From an uncultured Draconibacterium sp. (lineage in GTDB: Bacteria > Bacteroidota > Bacteroidia > Bacteroidales > Prolixibacteraceae), in assembly GCA_963676815.1 (NCBI GenBank), contig OY781365.1, positions 2,456,488 through 2,520,487 of the forward strand: 64,000 bases of DNA, written 5' to 3'. Below the pieces are notes generated by a model. It was not told where the DNA came from, ran no database searches, and saw only the letters and a list, made by a program, of their open reading frames with translations. This document shows, piece after piece, positions 35,408 through 46,659 of this stretch. Both the position numbers and the translations under genes were made by a program. Each line of letters starts with the position of its first letter. Position 1 is the stretch's first letter.

Positions 35408-36438
35408 TGGCCGAAACAAAGTTTCAAACCATAGTAGATGTGCCGCGTTTTCCGTGGCAAACAGGTTACCAGAAGAAAAACCTGTTTATGGGGTCGTGTT
35501 TTACCGAGAATGTGGGGGCAAAAATGGAAACCCTGAAATACCCGGTAGACATTAATCCGTTTGGAATTTTGTACAATCCGCTTTCCGTTGCCAACGGCTT
35601 GCAGCTATTGCTTGATGAAAAACAGTTTTCAGCAAATGACCTTGTGGAGCACAACGGGCTTTGGCACAGCTTTAGTCATCACGGTCGCTTTTCGAATACC
35701 GAGCAAAATAAAGCGCTGGACGACATAAATGCTCGCATTAAAAGTTCGGCAACATTTTTAAAGCAGGCCGATTTTCTGTTTCTCACTTTTGGTACTGCCT
35801 GGATTTACCGCTACAAAAAAACGGGAAAACTGGTTTCTAATTGTCATAAAATACCGGCACGCGAGTTTGTACGCGAACGTTTGCCGGTGCAGCAGATTGT
35901 TGAGGTTTACTACGATTTGCTGACAAAAATATGGCAGGAAAATCCTGATCTGAAAGTGGTATTTACCGTCAGCCCGATTCGTCACTGGAAAGATGGAGCA
36001 ATTGAAAACCAGCGAAGTAAGGCGACGTTGATTTTGGCTATTGATCAGCTTATTCAGGAACTCGGTGTCGGGAAGTGTGCTTATTTTCCATCGTACGAAA
36101 TTGTAATGGATGAACTGCGCGATTACCGTTTTTATGCCGAAGATATGTTGCACATTTCAGAGATGGCTGTAAAGCATATCTGGTGGCGTTTTGAAGCGGC
36201 ACTAGTTAGCCCTGAAAGTATTGAAATTGCTAGAGAAGTTCAAAAAATTACCAATGCTGTACAGCATCGGGTAATCAACAAAAAATCGCTTGAATATTCC
36301 AAATTTCTCCTTAGTTTTCTAAAGAAATTGGAGCTACTGGAAAAACGATTCCCGTATCTTAATTTAAAGTTAGAAAAAGAATATTTTAATGTACAGATTG
36401 AGGAATTTGGAGGTAGCGATAAAACAATTGTGAGTTAA
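35407..36438 (+). CDS. GSCFA domain-containing protein
   Basis: N-terminal MGSCFT, NPFGILYNP, TVSPIRHWKDG and YFPSYEI..DELRDYRFY..D..H motifs; TAATG stop/start overlap with glgB. Confidence 0.9.
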   Translation: MAETKFQTIVDVPRFPWQTGYQKKNLFMGSCFTENVGAKMETLKYPVDINPFGILYNPLSVANGLQLLLDEKQFSANDLVEHNGLWHSFSHHGRFSNTEQNKALDDINARIKSSATFLKQADFLFLTFGTAWIYRYKKTGKLVSNCHKIPAREFVRERLPVQQIVEVYYDLLTKIWQENPDLKVVFTVSPIRHWKDGAIENQRSKATLILAIDQLIQELGVGKCAYFPSYEIVMDELRDYRFYAEDMLHISEMAVKHIWWRFEAALVSPESIEIAREVQKITNAVQHRVINKKSLEYSKFLLSFLKKLELLEKRFPYLNLKLEKEYFNVQIEEFGGSDKTIVS

Positions 36439-36511
36439 ATCCCTTAACTTAGTAGAGGCAACATCGTTGTAGCTGCTGAACCAATACTCAATTTACCAAA
36501 GTGATACTGTT

Positions 36512-38458
36512 ATGCATTACCTTCAATTTGACAAGGAACAGCTGGTAAATCTTGAATATTCGCTGTTCAAAGAAATATTACGATCAAACAGAGCCGGTTC
36601 TTATTTAAGTACTACGCTAAATGGCTGCAATACGCGAAAATACCATGGATTGCTGGTGTGCCCCATTGAAAATTTTGGAGGTGAAAAACATGTGTTGCTT
36701 TCGTCGCTCGATGAAACAGTGATACAAAACGAGGCTGAATTTAACCTCGGAATACATCGATATAAGGGCGGAACATACGAACCTAAAGGACACAAATACA
36801 TACGTAATGTAGAGTTTGATGCGATACCCAAAATTACTTACCGGGTAGGCGGTGTGGTTCTTACAAAAGAACGACTGCTGGTTGAGAAGGAAGAGCAAAT
36901 ACTGATTAAATATACGCTTGAAGAAGCTACCTCGCCAACAACACTGCGATTGAAACCATTTCTGGCTTTTCGCAATATTCACCAGTTGAGTAAGGCAAAT
37001 ATGTTTGTAAACCGCAAGTTTGGTAAAGCAAAAAACGGGATTAAAACATGTTTGTATGATGGCTATCCCAATTTGTTTATGCAATGCAGCAAAACGGTTG
37101 ATTACGTGGCAGTGCCCGATTGGTATTATGATATTGAGTATTTAAAAGAATTGAACCGGGGTTACGAATACCTGGAAGATCTTTTTGTGCCCGGCTATTT
37201 TGAGTTTCCGATGAAAAAGGGCGAATCGATTGTTTTTGCAGCCGGATTAAAAGAAGCTAACCCGGTGTCGTTAAAACAGCGTTTTACCAAAGAACAAAAA
37301 AAGCGTGGCGGCAAAGAAACGTTCAACAGTGTGTTGGAAAGAGCAGCTCACCAGTTTATTATGCATGAAGGTTATACCGCCGATATTGTTGCCGGTTTTC
37401 CCTGGTACAACAGCATAACACGGCAAACTTTTATCTCGCTTCCCGGCCTGTGTTTGTCGTTTAACGATCCGAGACTTTGTGAGAAAATTCTCGATTCGTA
37501 CCTCAAATATTTCAACGATGGCTTCTTCCCCGATCAGATTAAGGATAAAGAGTTACAGTATCATTCGGCCGACAATTCGCTGTGGTTTATTTGGGTAATT
37601 CAGCAATATCTCAAGAAAAAGAACAATCCAAAGTTGCTTTGGAAATTATATGGTGATGTGATTAAGCGGATTCTGAATGCTTATACCGATGGGAATCTCG
37701 ATTACATAAAAGTACTACCCAACGGTTTAATCTATGCCGAAAAGAAAGACACTGCCTTAACCTGGATGAATTCGAGTGTTGACGGGAAAGCCGTTTTGCC
37801 GCGCGCAGGAATGCCGGTAGAGGTTAATGCCTTGTGGTTTAATGCCATTTGTTTTGCATTGGATTTGGCTGATATGGCCGGCGATGGCGACTTTATTACA
37901 CAGTGGAAACACATGGTGAACAAAGTGGCACAGTCGTTTTTGAAAACCTTTTGGAGCGATGGGCATGGTTACCTGGCCGATGTGGTAAAAGACGATCAGC
38001 ACGAATGGGCAGTGCGGCCAAATATGGTAATTGCTGTAGCAATGGATTATACACCTTTAACTAAAGAACAACAAAAGCAGGTTTTAAGTGTGGTGAAGCG
38101 AAAATTGCTGACAAACAGGGGGCTGCGAACCTTGTCGCCCGACCATTTGCGCTATTTTGGCAATATAACAGGCGGGCCAAAAGAGCGTGAGTTGGCATTG
38201 CATCAGGGAGCAGTTTGGCCCTGGTTGCTCCAGTTTTTTGTTGAAGCTTATTTAAAAATACACAAGCGCGGTGGTTTGCCTTTTGTGAAACAAATTATGG
38301 AAAGTTTTGAAGCCGAAATGACAGAACATTGTATTGGGAATATCCCTGAAATGTACGATGGCGACCCGCCACATGTGGGGAAGGGAGCAATTTCTCAGGC
38401 ATGGAATGTGGCAGGAGTTTCGCATGCGCTCGATTTGGTGCAGAACTACGTAGAGTAA
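36512..38458 (+). CDS. Glycogen debranching enzyme (amylo-alpha-1,6-glucosidase, GDE_N + GDE_C)
   Basis: TRKYHGLL, IVAGFPW, TWMNS, PVEVNALW, HQGAVWPW and QAWNVA motifs. Confidence 0.92.
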   Translation: MHYLQFDKEQLVNLEYSLFKEILRSNRAGSYLSTTLNGCNTRKYHGLLVCPIENFGGEKHVLLSSLDETVIQNEAEFNLGIHRYKGGTYEPKGHKYIRNVEFDAIPKITYRVGGVVLTKERLLVEKEEQILIKYTLEEATSPTTLRLKPFLAFRNIHQLSKANMFVNRKFGKAKNGIKTCLYDGYPNLFMQCSKTVDYVAVPDWYYDIEYLKELNRGYEYLEDLFVPGYFEFPMKKGESIVFAAGLKEANPVSLKQRFTKEQKKRGGKETFNSVLERAAHQFIMHEGYTADIVAGFPWYNSITRQTFISLPGLCLSFNDPRLCEKILDSYLKYFNDGFFPDQIKDKELQYHSADNSLWFIWVIQQYLKKKNNPKLLWKLYGDVIKRILNAYTDGNLDYIKVLPNGLIYAEKKDTALTWMNSSVDGKAVLPRAGMPVEVNALWFNAICFALDLADMAGDGDFITQWKHMVNKVAQSFLKTFWSDGHGYLADVVKDDQHEWAVRPNMVIAVAMDYTPLTKEQQKQVLSVVKRKLLTNRGLRTLSPDHLRYFGNITGGPKERELALHQGAVWPWLLQFFVEAYLKIHKRGGLPFVKQIMESFEAEMTEHCIGNIPEMYDGDPPHVGKGAISQAWNVAGVSHALDLVQNYVE

Positions 38459-38507
38459 ATCAGCAGCAATTAAATATATAGATGTAACCGGAAAATTAGA
38501 AGATCAG

Positions 38508-39800
38508 ATGAAGGTATTAATGTTTGGATGGGAATTTCCTCCCCACATCTCCGGTGGATTGGGGACGGCGTGTTACGGACTTACAAAAGGAATGGCTGAA
38601 TTGAAAGATATTGACGTAACTTTTGTAGTTCCTAAGGCTTTTGGCGACGAAAATCCGTTGCGAATGAAGTTAGTTGGAGCCAACAATATTCCCGTTAACC
38701 GAACGACCATTAATTTTGAGGAGGGTGGAAAATCAATGGAGTACCTTGAAGTAGATTCGCCCATTCTTCCGTACGTTACCGAAGATGAATTCTGGACATT
38801 AAAAAGCAAACGCTACACGCGCCAGACAAAATTTGTTGAAACCGACGAAGATTCAAAAATAGAATTTAGCGGAGGCTATGGCCCCGATTTATTAAAAGAA
38901 ATTCGGGATTATGCTCTTGTGGCCCGTTTAATTGCCGAAGATAATCCCTGCGATATTATTCACGCACACGACTGGTTAACCTATCCCGCAGGAATAGCAG
39001 CCAGTAAAGCTACCGGAAAACCGCTGGTAATACATGTGCATGCTACCGATTTTGATCGGAGTGGAGGCGATGTAAACCCCAGGGTTTATGCCATAGAGCG
39101 CGAAGGAATGGAAGCTGCCGATAAAGTTATAACGGTAAGCAATTTAACCCGTAAAATAGTAATTGAAAAATACGGAATCTCCCCGGAAAAAGTGGTTACG
39201 GTTTACAATGCCGTTGAGTCGGTAAACAAAGAAAAAGGAACATTGCCGCCCAAAGGTGTAAACGATAAAGTAGTTACTTTTTTAGGACGAATAACCATGC
39301 AAAAAGGCCCAGGTTATTTTGTCGAAGCTGCTAATATGGTGCTGAAAAAAATGCAAAATGCCCGTTTTGTTATGGCCGGAAGTGGCGATATGATGAACGA
39401 GATGATTGCACGAACGGCTGCACTCGGAATCGCCGACAAATTTCATTTTACCGGGTTTCTGAAAGGGAACGATGTAAACGACCTGTTTAGCATGACCGAT
39501 GTGTTTGTTATGCCGTCGGTATCCGAACCTTTTGGAATTGTACCGCTTGAAGCTATGCAGCTAAATGTTCCGGTAATTATATCTAACCAGTCCGGGGTTT
39601 CCGAGATATTAAAACACGCTATAAAAATAGATTTTTGGGATACTTATGCAATGGCCGATGCTATTTATGGCGTATTGAATTATTCATCACTGGCACAGCA
39701 TTTTAAGAGCGAAGGAAAGACAGAGGTGGAAGAATTAAAGTGGACACACTCGGCCACAGAAGTGAGAAAAGTTTACCAGCGTACTTTGCAAGAAAATTAA
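38508..39800 (+). CDS. GT4 glycosyltransferase, probable glycogen synthase
   Basis: MKVLMFGWEFPPHISGGLG, HAHDWLT, LGRITMQKG and PSVSEPFGI motifs; glycogen gene context. Confidence 0.88.
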   Translation: MKVLMFGWEFPPHISGGLGTACYGLTKGMAELKDIDVTFVVPKAFGDENPLRMKLVGANNIPVNRTTINFEEGGKSMEYLEVDSPILPYVTEDEFWTLKSKRYTRQTKFVETDEDSKIEFSGGYGPDLLKEIRDYALVARLIAEDNPCDIIHAHDWLTYPAGIAASKATGKPLVIHVHATDFDRSGGDVNPRVYAIEREGMEAADKVITVSNLTRKIVIEKYGISPEKVVTVYNAVESVNKEKGTLPPKGVNDKVVTFLGRITMQKGPGYFVEAANMVLKKMQNARFVMAGSGDMMNEMIARTAALGIADKFHFTGFLKGNDVNDLFSMTDVFVMPSVSEPFGIVPLEAMQLNVPVIISNQSGVSEILKHAIKIDFWDTYAMADAIYGVLNYSSLAQHFKSEGKTEVEELKWTHSATEVRKVYQRTLQEN

Positions 39801-39810
39801 TCATTTTAGT

Positions 39811-41139
39811 ATGAAGTCAATTTGTTTGTTTTTTCAAATACATCAACCGTTTAGGCACCGGCGTTACCGTTTTTTCGATATTGGTAACGATCATTATTAT
39901 TACGACGATTATTCGAACGAAAGTATTATCAGAAACGTAGCCGATAAAAGTTATTTGCCGGCCAATAAATTATTGCTCGAACTGGCAGAAAAACTGGGAG
40001 GGAAGTTTAAAGTGGCATTTTCGATAACCGGTGTTGCATTAGAGCAGTTTGAACTTTATGCTCCTGAAGTTATCGAATCGTTTCAGGAATTAACAAAAAC
40101 TGGTTGTATCGAATTTCTGGCCGAAACATATTCTCATTCCTTAAGTTCGTTTAAAGATTTTCAGGCTTTTACCGACCAGGTAAAAAAGCACGATGAACAG
40201 ATTTTCAGATTATTCGGCCAGAAACCGTGTGTTTTCCGAAATACAGAAATGATCTACTCCGACGAAATTGGGGAGAAGGTTGCCAAATTGGGTTACTCGG
40301 CCATGTTAACCGAAGGCGCTAAACATGTTTTGGGATGGAAAAGTCCAAATTTCCTGTATGTAAACGCCATAAATCCGCGGCTAAAAGTATTAATGCGCAA
40401 CTATAAACTCAGCGACGATATCGGATTCAGATTTTCGGATAAAAACTGGGATGAATACCCGTTAACAGCCGAGAAGTATGTAAACTGGCTTGAAAATGTT
40501 GGCGAAAAAGAAGAGATTATTAACCTGTTTATGGGCTACGATTCGTTTGGTAGCCGCCAGCCAAAAGATGCCGGAATCTTCGAATTCTTAAAAGCATTTT
40601 CTGAGCAAATTGTAAAAAGCAAAACATTGAAATTTGCCACACCATCCGAAGCAGTTGATGACCTTCAGCCGGTTTCAGTGGTTAGTGTTCCTCATCCCAT
40701 TTCCTGGTCTGATGAAGAGCGCGACCTTAGTGCCTGGCTCGGAAATGAAATGCAAAAAGAGGCCTTTGAAAAATTGTATGCAATGAAAGATCAAATGGCC
40801 CGAAGCACGGATGGTGAGCTTCAGAAAGATTGGAATTACCTGCAAGCCAGCGATCACTTCTTTTACATGTCAACCAAGTATTTTGCCGGCAGAGATCCGC
40901 ATAAATCGTATAGTAATTTCGATTCGCCTTACGAGGCTTTTATAAATTACATGAATGTGTTGAGCGATTTTAAAATCCGTTTAAATGCGCATGTGCCCGA
41001 AAGTGAAGTGGAAAATGAAATTGCATCGCTTCATCGTTTGCTGGAGGAGAAAGAAGAAAAAATAAAAAGGATGGAAGCCGATTTGCGACGTTTGCAAAAG
41101 ACGAAAAAGCAAAAGACGGCTACTCGAAAAAAGAAATAG
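39811..41139 (+). CDS. GH57 family alpha-amylase-like hydrolase
   Basis: FQIHQP, ETYSHSL, FRNTE, SWSDEERDLSAWLGN and LQASDHFFYM motifs. Confidence 0.92.
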   Translation: MKSICLFFQIHQPFRHRRYRFFDIGNDHYYYDDYSNESIIRNVADKSYLPANKLLLELAEKLGGKFKVAFSITGVALEQFELYAPEVIESFQELTKTGCIEFLAETYSHSLSSFKDFQAFTDQVKKHDEQIFRLFGQKPCVFRNTEMIYSDEIGEKVAKLGYSAMLTEGAKHVLGWKSPNFLYVNAINPRLKVLMRNYKLSDDIGFRFSDKNWDEYPLTAEKYVNWLENVGEKEEIINLFMGYDSFGSRQPKDAGIFEFLKAFSEQIVKSKTLKFATPSEAVDDLQPVSVVSVPHPISWSDEERDLSAWLGNEMQKEAFEKLYAMKDQMARSTDGELQKDWNYLQASDHFFYMSTKYFAGRDPHKSYSNFDSPYEAFINYMNVLSDFKIRLNAHVPESEVENEIASLHRLLEEKEEKIKRMEADLRRLQKTKKQKTATRKKK

Positions 41140-41292
41140 GCAATTTGTTGCTAACATTAAATTCACTTAATGATAATTGTAGAAGAAACAATTTGTTGAA
41201 ATGAAAATTTATTTTTGCAGCTCGCGTTAAGAGAGTTAGCGCACTTAACATGTTCGTTGAGCATGGATCGTAATAAGTAAAATGAGAAGAAA

Positions 41293-43866
41293 ATGGAAGA
41301 GAAAAAATTTATAAAGAACCCGGTTGTGGGAGAGCCGGTATGGAAACGGATTATTGTAGAATCAAACGTTCCGGAAAGTCTTTCACCCCTGCGTGACCTG
41401 TCGAAAAACTTGTGGTGGGTTTGGAATACAGAAGCACGTGAATTGTTCGAAAAAATTGATGCCGACATTTGGGAAGAATGTGCCCATAATCCAATAGTAC
41501 TGCTCGATAGGGTAGGTTACAATCGTTTTAAAGAGCTGGAACGCGACGAAATGTTTGTGGCCAAAATGCACGAGGTAAACGCAAAATTTAACAAATATCT
41601 TGATGACCGTAAAGAGCTTGCAGGCCCCGGAATCTCGTATTTTAGTATGGAGTACGGTTTGCACGACAGCTTAAAAATATTTTCAGGAGGATTGGGAATT
41701 CTTGCCGGAGATTACCTGAAAGAAGCCAGTGATATGAAAGTTAATTTGGTGGCTGTTGGCTTGTTGTATCGTTACGGATATTTTAAGCAAAACCTGAATT
41801 TACATGGCGAGCAAATGGCTGTTTACGATGCACAGCAATTCTCAAAAATTCCTGTTCAGCCGGCATTGGATAAAAATGGAGAATGGGTTCGTGTTGAAGT
41901 GCAATACCCTGGCAGAACATTAATTGGCCGAGTTTGGCAAACCAATATTGGTTCGGTAAAACTGTATCTGCTCGATGCCGATCATCACGAAAACAGCGAT
42001 GCCGACCGATTTGTAACACACCATTTATATGGTGGCGACAACGAAAACCGATTGAAACAGGAAATGCTGCTTGGTTTAGGTGGTATACAGGCATTGAAAA
42101 AACTGGAAGTTGACTCGGATATATACCACTGTAACGAAGGCCACGCTGCCTTTATTGGTATTCAACGTATTGCCAACCTGATGGCGGAGCAGAAACTATC
42201 GTATGCCGAAGCTAAAGAAGTTGTTAATGCATCAACCGTGTTTACAACACACACACCGGTTCCGGCCGGACACGATTCTTTCCATAAAGATATGTTCCGT
42301 CATTACATGAATTTCTTTCCAGAGAAACTAGGACTTAGCTGGGAAGATTTTGAGATGCTGGGAAAAGCGAGAGCCGAAGAAGATCATTTTAATATGAGCT
42401 ACCTGGCAAGTAACCTGTCGCAGGGAATAAACGGCGTTAGTATGCTGCACGGCGATGTTAGTAAAGCTGTGCTTAAACACCTTTACCAGGGGTATCTTGA
42501 AGAGGAACTTGAAATTGGTTACGTAACCAACGGAGTTCACTATCCGACCTGGGCTGCACAGGAATGGAAAGACATTCATAAAAAATATTTTGGCGAAGAG
42601 TTTCCAACCAATCAACTGGATTTTGATGTTTGGAAGAATATATACAATGTTCCGGATTACGAAATTTGGGAACTTCGTAAAAAATTACGTCAAAAATTGA
42701 TCAACTACATCAAAGAGCGTTTTCAGGACAACTGGATTAAACGTTCTGAGAATCCGAAGCTGATCAGCGAAATTCTTGGAAAACTAAATCCGAATACACT
42801 TACAATTGGTTTTGCCCGCCGTTTTGCCACCTACAAACGTGCACACTTGTTGTTCCGCAACCTCGATCGTTTGGCAAAAATTGTCAATAACCCTGAGCGC
42901 CCGGTACAATTTATTTTTGCCGGAAAAGCTCACCCAGCTGATAAAGCCGGTCAGGATTTGATTAAGAACATTGTAGAAGTGTCAAAACGCCCTGAATTCC
43001 GTGGTAAGATTCTGTTTGTGCAGAATTACGATATGAACCTGGCAAAAATGCTGCTTCAAGGTGTTGATGTTTGGATGAACACACCAACGCGCCCATTAGA
43101 AGCATCGGGTACAAGTGGAGAAAAAGGCGTAATGAACGGTACCTTGCACTTCTCGGTGCTTGATGGCTGGTGGGTTGAAGGTTACCAAAAAGATGCCGGT
43201 TGGGCGCTGCCTGCCGAGCGCGCTTACGATGTTCAGGATTTTCAGGACGAGCTTGATGCCGAAACTATTTATAACATTTTGGAAGAGGAAGTTGTGCCTG
43301 CATACTATGGTCGCAATCAACACGATATTCCTGAAACATGGATTGGTTACGTAAAAAATACCATTGCAAATGTTTCGCCAAACTTTACCACATCGCGAAT
43401 GATGCGCGATTACCAGGATCGTTATTATAATCCACAGTTTGAACGTGCTCAGCGTGTTAAAAACGATGGATTTAAACTAGCAAAAGAAATTGCTGCATGG
43501 AAAGCGAAAGTTGCTCAAAAATGGGATGAGATTGAAGTGAAAAACATCGAAATTATTGATGGAATTGCTCATACAATGACGATGGGAGATAAATATCCGG
43601 TGAAAGTATCGATTGACTTAAAAGGCCTGAAACCTGAAGAAGTTGGTGTTGAGTTACTGATTGCCGAAAGTAAAGATGAAGGACCGGAAAAAATTGTAGA
43701 TACAGTTGAGTTCCTTCCTGAAAAATGCGAAGGCACTGCATGTTGTTACAAACATACTATTTTGCCCGATCATCCGGGGTCGTTCTCATACAGTTTCAGG
43801 TTGTATGCAAAACACCCGGAACTACCGCATCGTCAGGATTTCCGATTCATTAAATGGATTAGCTAA
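41293..43866 (+). CDS. glgP: Alpha-glucan (glycogen) phosphorylase
   Basis: YFSMEYG, SGGLGILAGD, NEGHAAF, FTTHTPVPAGHD, FARRFATYKR and EASGTSGEK motifs. Confidence 0.95.
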   Translation: MEEKKFIKNPVVGEPVWKRIIVESNVPESLSPLRDLSKNLWWVWNTEARELFEKIDADIWEECAHNPIVLLDRVGYNRFKELERDEMFVAKMHEVNAKFNKYLDDRKELAGPGISYFSMEYGLHDSLKIFSGGLGILAGDYLKEASDMKVNLVAVGLLYRYGYFKQNLNLHGEQMAVYDAQQFSKIPVQPALDKNGEWVRVEVQYPGRTLIGRVWQTNIGSVKLYLLDADHHENSDADRFVTHHLYGGDNENRLKQEMLLGLGGIQALKKLEVDSDIYHCNEGHAAFIGIQRIANLMAEQKLSYAEAKEVVNASTVFTTHTPVPAGHDSFHKDMFRHYMNFFPEKLGLSWEDFEMLGKARAEEDHFNMSYLASNLSQGINGVSMLHGDVSKAVLKHLYQGYLEEELEIGYVTNGVHYPTWAAQEWKDIHKKYFGEEFPTNQLDFDVWKNIYNVPDYEIWELRKKLRQKLINYIKERFQDNWIKRSENPKLISEILGKLNPNTLTIGFARRFATYKRAHLLFRNLDRLAKIVNNPERPVQFIFAGKAHPADKAGQDLIKNIVEVSKRPEFRGKILFVQNYDMNLAKMLLQGVDVWMNTPTRPLEASGTSGEKGVMNGTLHFSVLDGWWVEGYQKDAGWALPAERAYDVQDFQDELDAETIYNILEEEVVPAYYGRNQHDIPETWIGYVKNTIANVSPNFTTSRMMRDYQDRYYNPQFERAQRVKNDGFKLAKEIAAWKAKVAQKWDEIEVKNIEIIDGIAHTMTMGDKYPVKVSIDLKGLKPEEVGVELLIAESKDEGPEKIVDTVEFLPEKCEGTACCYKHTILPDHPGSFSYSFRLYAKHPELPHRQDFRFIKWIS

Positions 43867-43880
43867 ATTGACTTATATAG

Positions 43881-43911
43881 AAAAAAGGTGCTCACACGGG
43901 CACCTTTTTTT
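43881..43911 (+). terminator. Intrinsic terminator after glgP
   Basis: AAAAAAGGTGC-TCACACGG-GCACCTTTTTTT. Confidence 0.85.
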
Positions 43912-44123
43912 ATGTTGTTTTTTGCTGTCGGGATGCAACTTAAGTTTCAAAAAATGAACGAAAGGCAAAATTGTAATTAGCGTCATTTTTACATTTCGTT
44001 CAAACTGTTATTTTTACATCGAAATCAAATATAAAATGAAACGAGTCCTGTTAAGCCGGCACCATTTCCGTGTTTGCCAGCAGGCAGGCATCAAATACCA
44101 CATACAAAGTAAAAATACTTACG

Positions 44124-44699
44124 ATGAAAAAACGGAAAAAAGTAGGTCAGAAAATTAAAGAGTTTCGCGAGTTCAGACAATTGTCCCGCGAAGATTTGGC
44201 AATTCAGGCAAATCTTGATAGTGGACAATTGCAGCTTATTGAAGACGAGGGAAATGTTCCTTCGTTAGGCGTGCTAATTAAAATTTCACGTGCAATGGGA
44301 GTGCGCATTGGCACTTTCCTGGATGATCAGGAAAAAATTGGTCCTGCTTTGGTAAATGCGGGTAATGCCGAAGAAACTTTAAGCTTTTCTACTAAAGATG
44401 AAAGTACGCGTGAACACCTGAATTTTTTCTCGTTGGCACAGGCAAAAGCTGGAAGGCATATGGAGCCTTTTTTGGTTGATATTGAACCTTCAGAAGAGTC
44501 GGATTATAAACTGTCATCGCACGAAGGCGAAGAATTTATTTATGTACTCGAAGGAAGTATTGAAATTAATTACGGAAAAGAAGTTTATCTATTACAAAAA
44601 GGCGACACCATTTATCTCGATTCGGTTGTTGCACACAATATTCACGCAGCCGGAGAACAGGCTGCAAAAATTCTGGCGGTAGTTTATACCCCTGTCTAA
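44124..44699 (+). CDS. XRE-family HTH + cupin transcriptional regulator
   Basis: VGQKIKEFRE...PSLGVLIKIS HTH and HEGEEFIYVLEG cupin; ATG 44124 preferred over the upstream GTG. Confidence 0.9.
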   Translation: MKKRKKVGQKIKEFREFRQLSREDLAIQANLDSGQLQLIEDEGNVPSLGVLIKISRAMGVRIGTFLDDQEKIGPALVNAGNAEETLSFSTKDESTREHLNFFSLAQAKAGRHMEPFLVDIEPSEESDYKLSSHEGEEFIYVLEGSIEINYGKEVYLLQKGDTIYLDSVVAHNIHAAGEQAAKILAVVYTPV

Positions 44700-44714
44700 T
44701 TAAAAACCTTTTTC

Positions 44715-46367
44715 ATGCAACTACTTGATTATACCTTAGGAAATATTCTTGAAAAATGGGCCTTCGAAACACCAGACAAAGATTTTATTGTATACCCCGA
44801 TCGTAATTTGCGGTTTTCGTACAAGCAGTTTAACGAACGGGTTGACCGCCTGGCAAAAGGTCTGCTTTTTATTGGTATAAAACCGGAAGATAAAGTAGGT
44901 GTTTGGGCAAAAAATGTTCCCGATTGGACAACATTGATGTTTGCAACAGCAAAAATAGGTGCAATTTTGGTAACAGTTAATACCAACTATAAATTAGCCG
45001 AACTGGAATACATTTTAAAAAATGCCGACATAAATTCGCTTTTTATTGTTGACGGATACCGCGACAGCGATTACGTTAAAATGATTTTCGAACTGGTGCC
45101 TGAGTTAAAAACACAGGCACGCGGCAAACTAAAATCTGAAAAATTTCCAGAGCTAAAAAATGTTGGTTTTATTGGTCAGCAAAAACATCGCGGGATGTAC
45201 AGCACCGATGAGTTAATGCTGCTTGGAAGCCACATCGATGATTTAGAGCTTGAAAGTGTTAAGGAAGCCCTCAATTGTCACGATGTAGTTAATATGCAAT
45301 ACACCTCCGGAACTACAGGTTTCCCGAAGGGTGTAATGTTGTCGCACCACAATATTTTGAATAACGGCTTTGCCACCGGCGAGTGCATGAAATATACCGA
45401 AGACGACCGCCTTTTAGTTTGTGTTCCCTTATTTCATTGTTTTGGTTGTGTGTTGGCTGTTTGTGCTATTGTTTCGCACGGTGCAACAATGGTGTTTACC
45501 GAAGATTTTGATCCGCTATTGGTTTTGGCTTCAGTGCAAAAAGAAAAATGTACTGCGCTTTACGGCGTACCAACCATGTTTATTGCCGAACTAAATCACC
45601 CCATGTTCGATATGTTCGATCTTTCATCGTTACGCACTGGAATTATGGCGGGGGCACTTTGTCCCATCGAAACCATGCGCCAGGTGATGGATAAAATGAA
45701 CATGAAAGATATTATTATAGTGTACGGTTTAACCGAAAGTTCGCCAGGAATGACGGCTACCCGAACACATAACTCCGTTGAAGTTAGGTCTACCACCGTT
45801 GGGTTTGAATTTCCTAATGTTGAGGTTAAAATTGTTGATACTGAAACCGACGAAGAATGTAAGCAGGGCGAGCAGGGTGAAATATGTTGCAGGGGCTACA
45901 ATGTAATGAAAGGCTACTACAATAATCCTGAAGAAACAGCAAAAGTTATCGACACGGAAGGTTGGTTACACTCGGGCGATCTGGCAGTAAAAACCGAAGA
46001 TGGATTTTATAAAATTACCGGACGCATAAAAGATATGATCGTTCGTGGAGGAGAAAATATATACCCGCGCGAGATTGAAAATTACCTTTATCGTTTGCCA
46101 CAAATTGAAGCCGTTGAGGTTGCCGGGGTTCCGAGCAAAAAGTACGGCGAAGCGGTTGGTGCATTTATAAAATTGAAAAAGGGAGAGTCGCTTAGCGAGG
46201 AAGAGATTGTAGATTTTTGCCGTGGAAATATTGCCAGGTTTAAGATTCCAAAGTACATCTTTTTTGTCGACGAATTTCCGATGACTGCCAGTGGTAAAAT
46301 TCAAAAGTACAAACTTAGTGAGATGTCGCTTGAGCTTTGTAAAGAGAAAGGCATTGAAATTGTTTAA
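44715..46367 (+). CDS. AMP-binding acyl-CoA synthetase
   Basis: [45 protein letters not shown] and SGKIQK motifs. Confidence 0.93.
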   Translation: MQLLDYTLGNILEKWAFETPDKDFIVYPDRNLRFSYKQFNERVDRLAKGLLFIGIKPEDKVGVWAKNVPDWTTLMFATAKIGAILVTVNTNYKLAELEYILKNADINSLFIVDGYRDSDYVKMIFELVPELKTQARGKLKSEKFPELKNVGFIGQQKHRGMYSTDELMLLGSHIDDLELESVKEALNCHDVVNMQYTSGTTGFPKGVMLSHHNILNNGFATGECMKYTEDDRLLVCVPLFHCFGCVLAVCAIVSHGATMVFTEDFDPLLVLASVQKEKCTALYGVPTMFIAELNHPMFDMFDLSSLRTGIMAGALCPIETMRQVMDKMNMKDIIIVYGLTESSPGMTATRTHNSVEVRSTTVGFEFPNVEVKIVDTETDEECKQGEQGEICCRGYNVMKGYYNNPEETAKVIDTEGWLHSGDLAVKTEDGFYKITGRIKDMIVRGGENIYPREIENYLYRLPQIEAVEVAGVPSKKYGEAVGAFIKLKKGESLSEEEIVDFCRGNIARFKIPKYIFFVDEFPMTASGKIQKYKLSEMSLELCKEKGIEIV

Positions 46368-46659
46368 TCAAGGCAATATCGATTAAATTTATTGGATCAG
46401 TAATTGTATCGAAAAAACTGAATGGTATTTTGGCCTTTTTAACAAGTTTCAATCTGCAAGGTAAAACCATAAAACACTATCAATTTTTACTCTGCTAAGA
46501 GTTTCTTTTAGGGTTTCGTTTATTTTGATCAGATTCACTTAAAAGCAGTAAGTCAGGCTTAAATTCTGTCCGACTGATATTGATATTTGTCATGTTTTTG
46601 GCATATAAAAAGCGCAATTTTCGCGGCTGTTCAGAAAAGCAGTTTTTTTATGAGTATTT

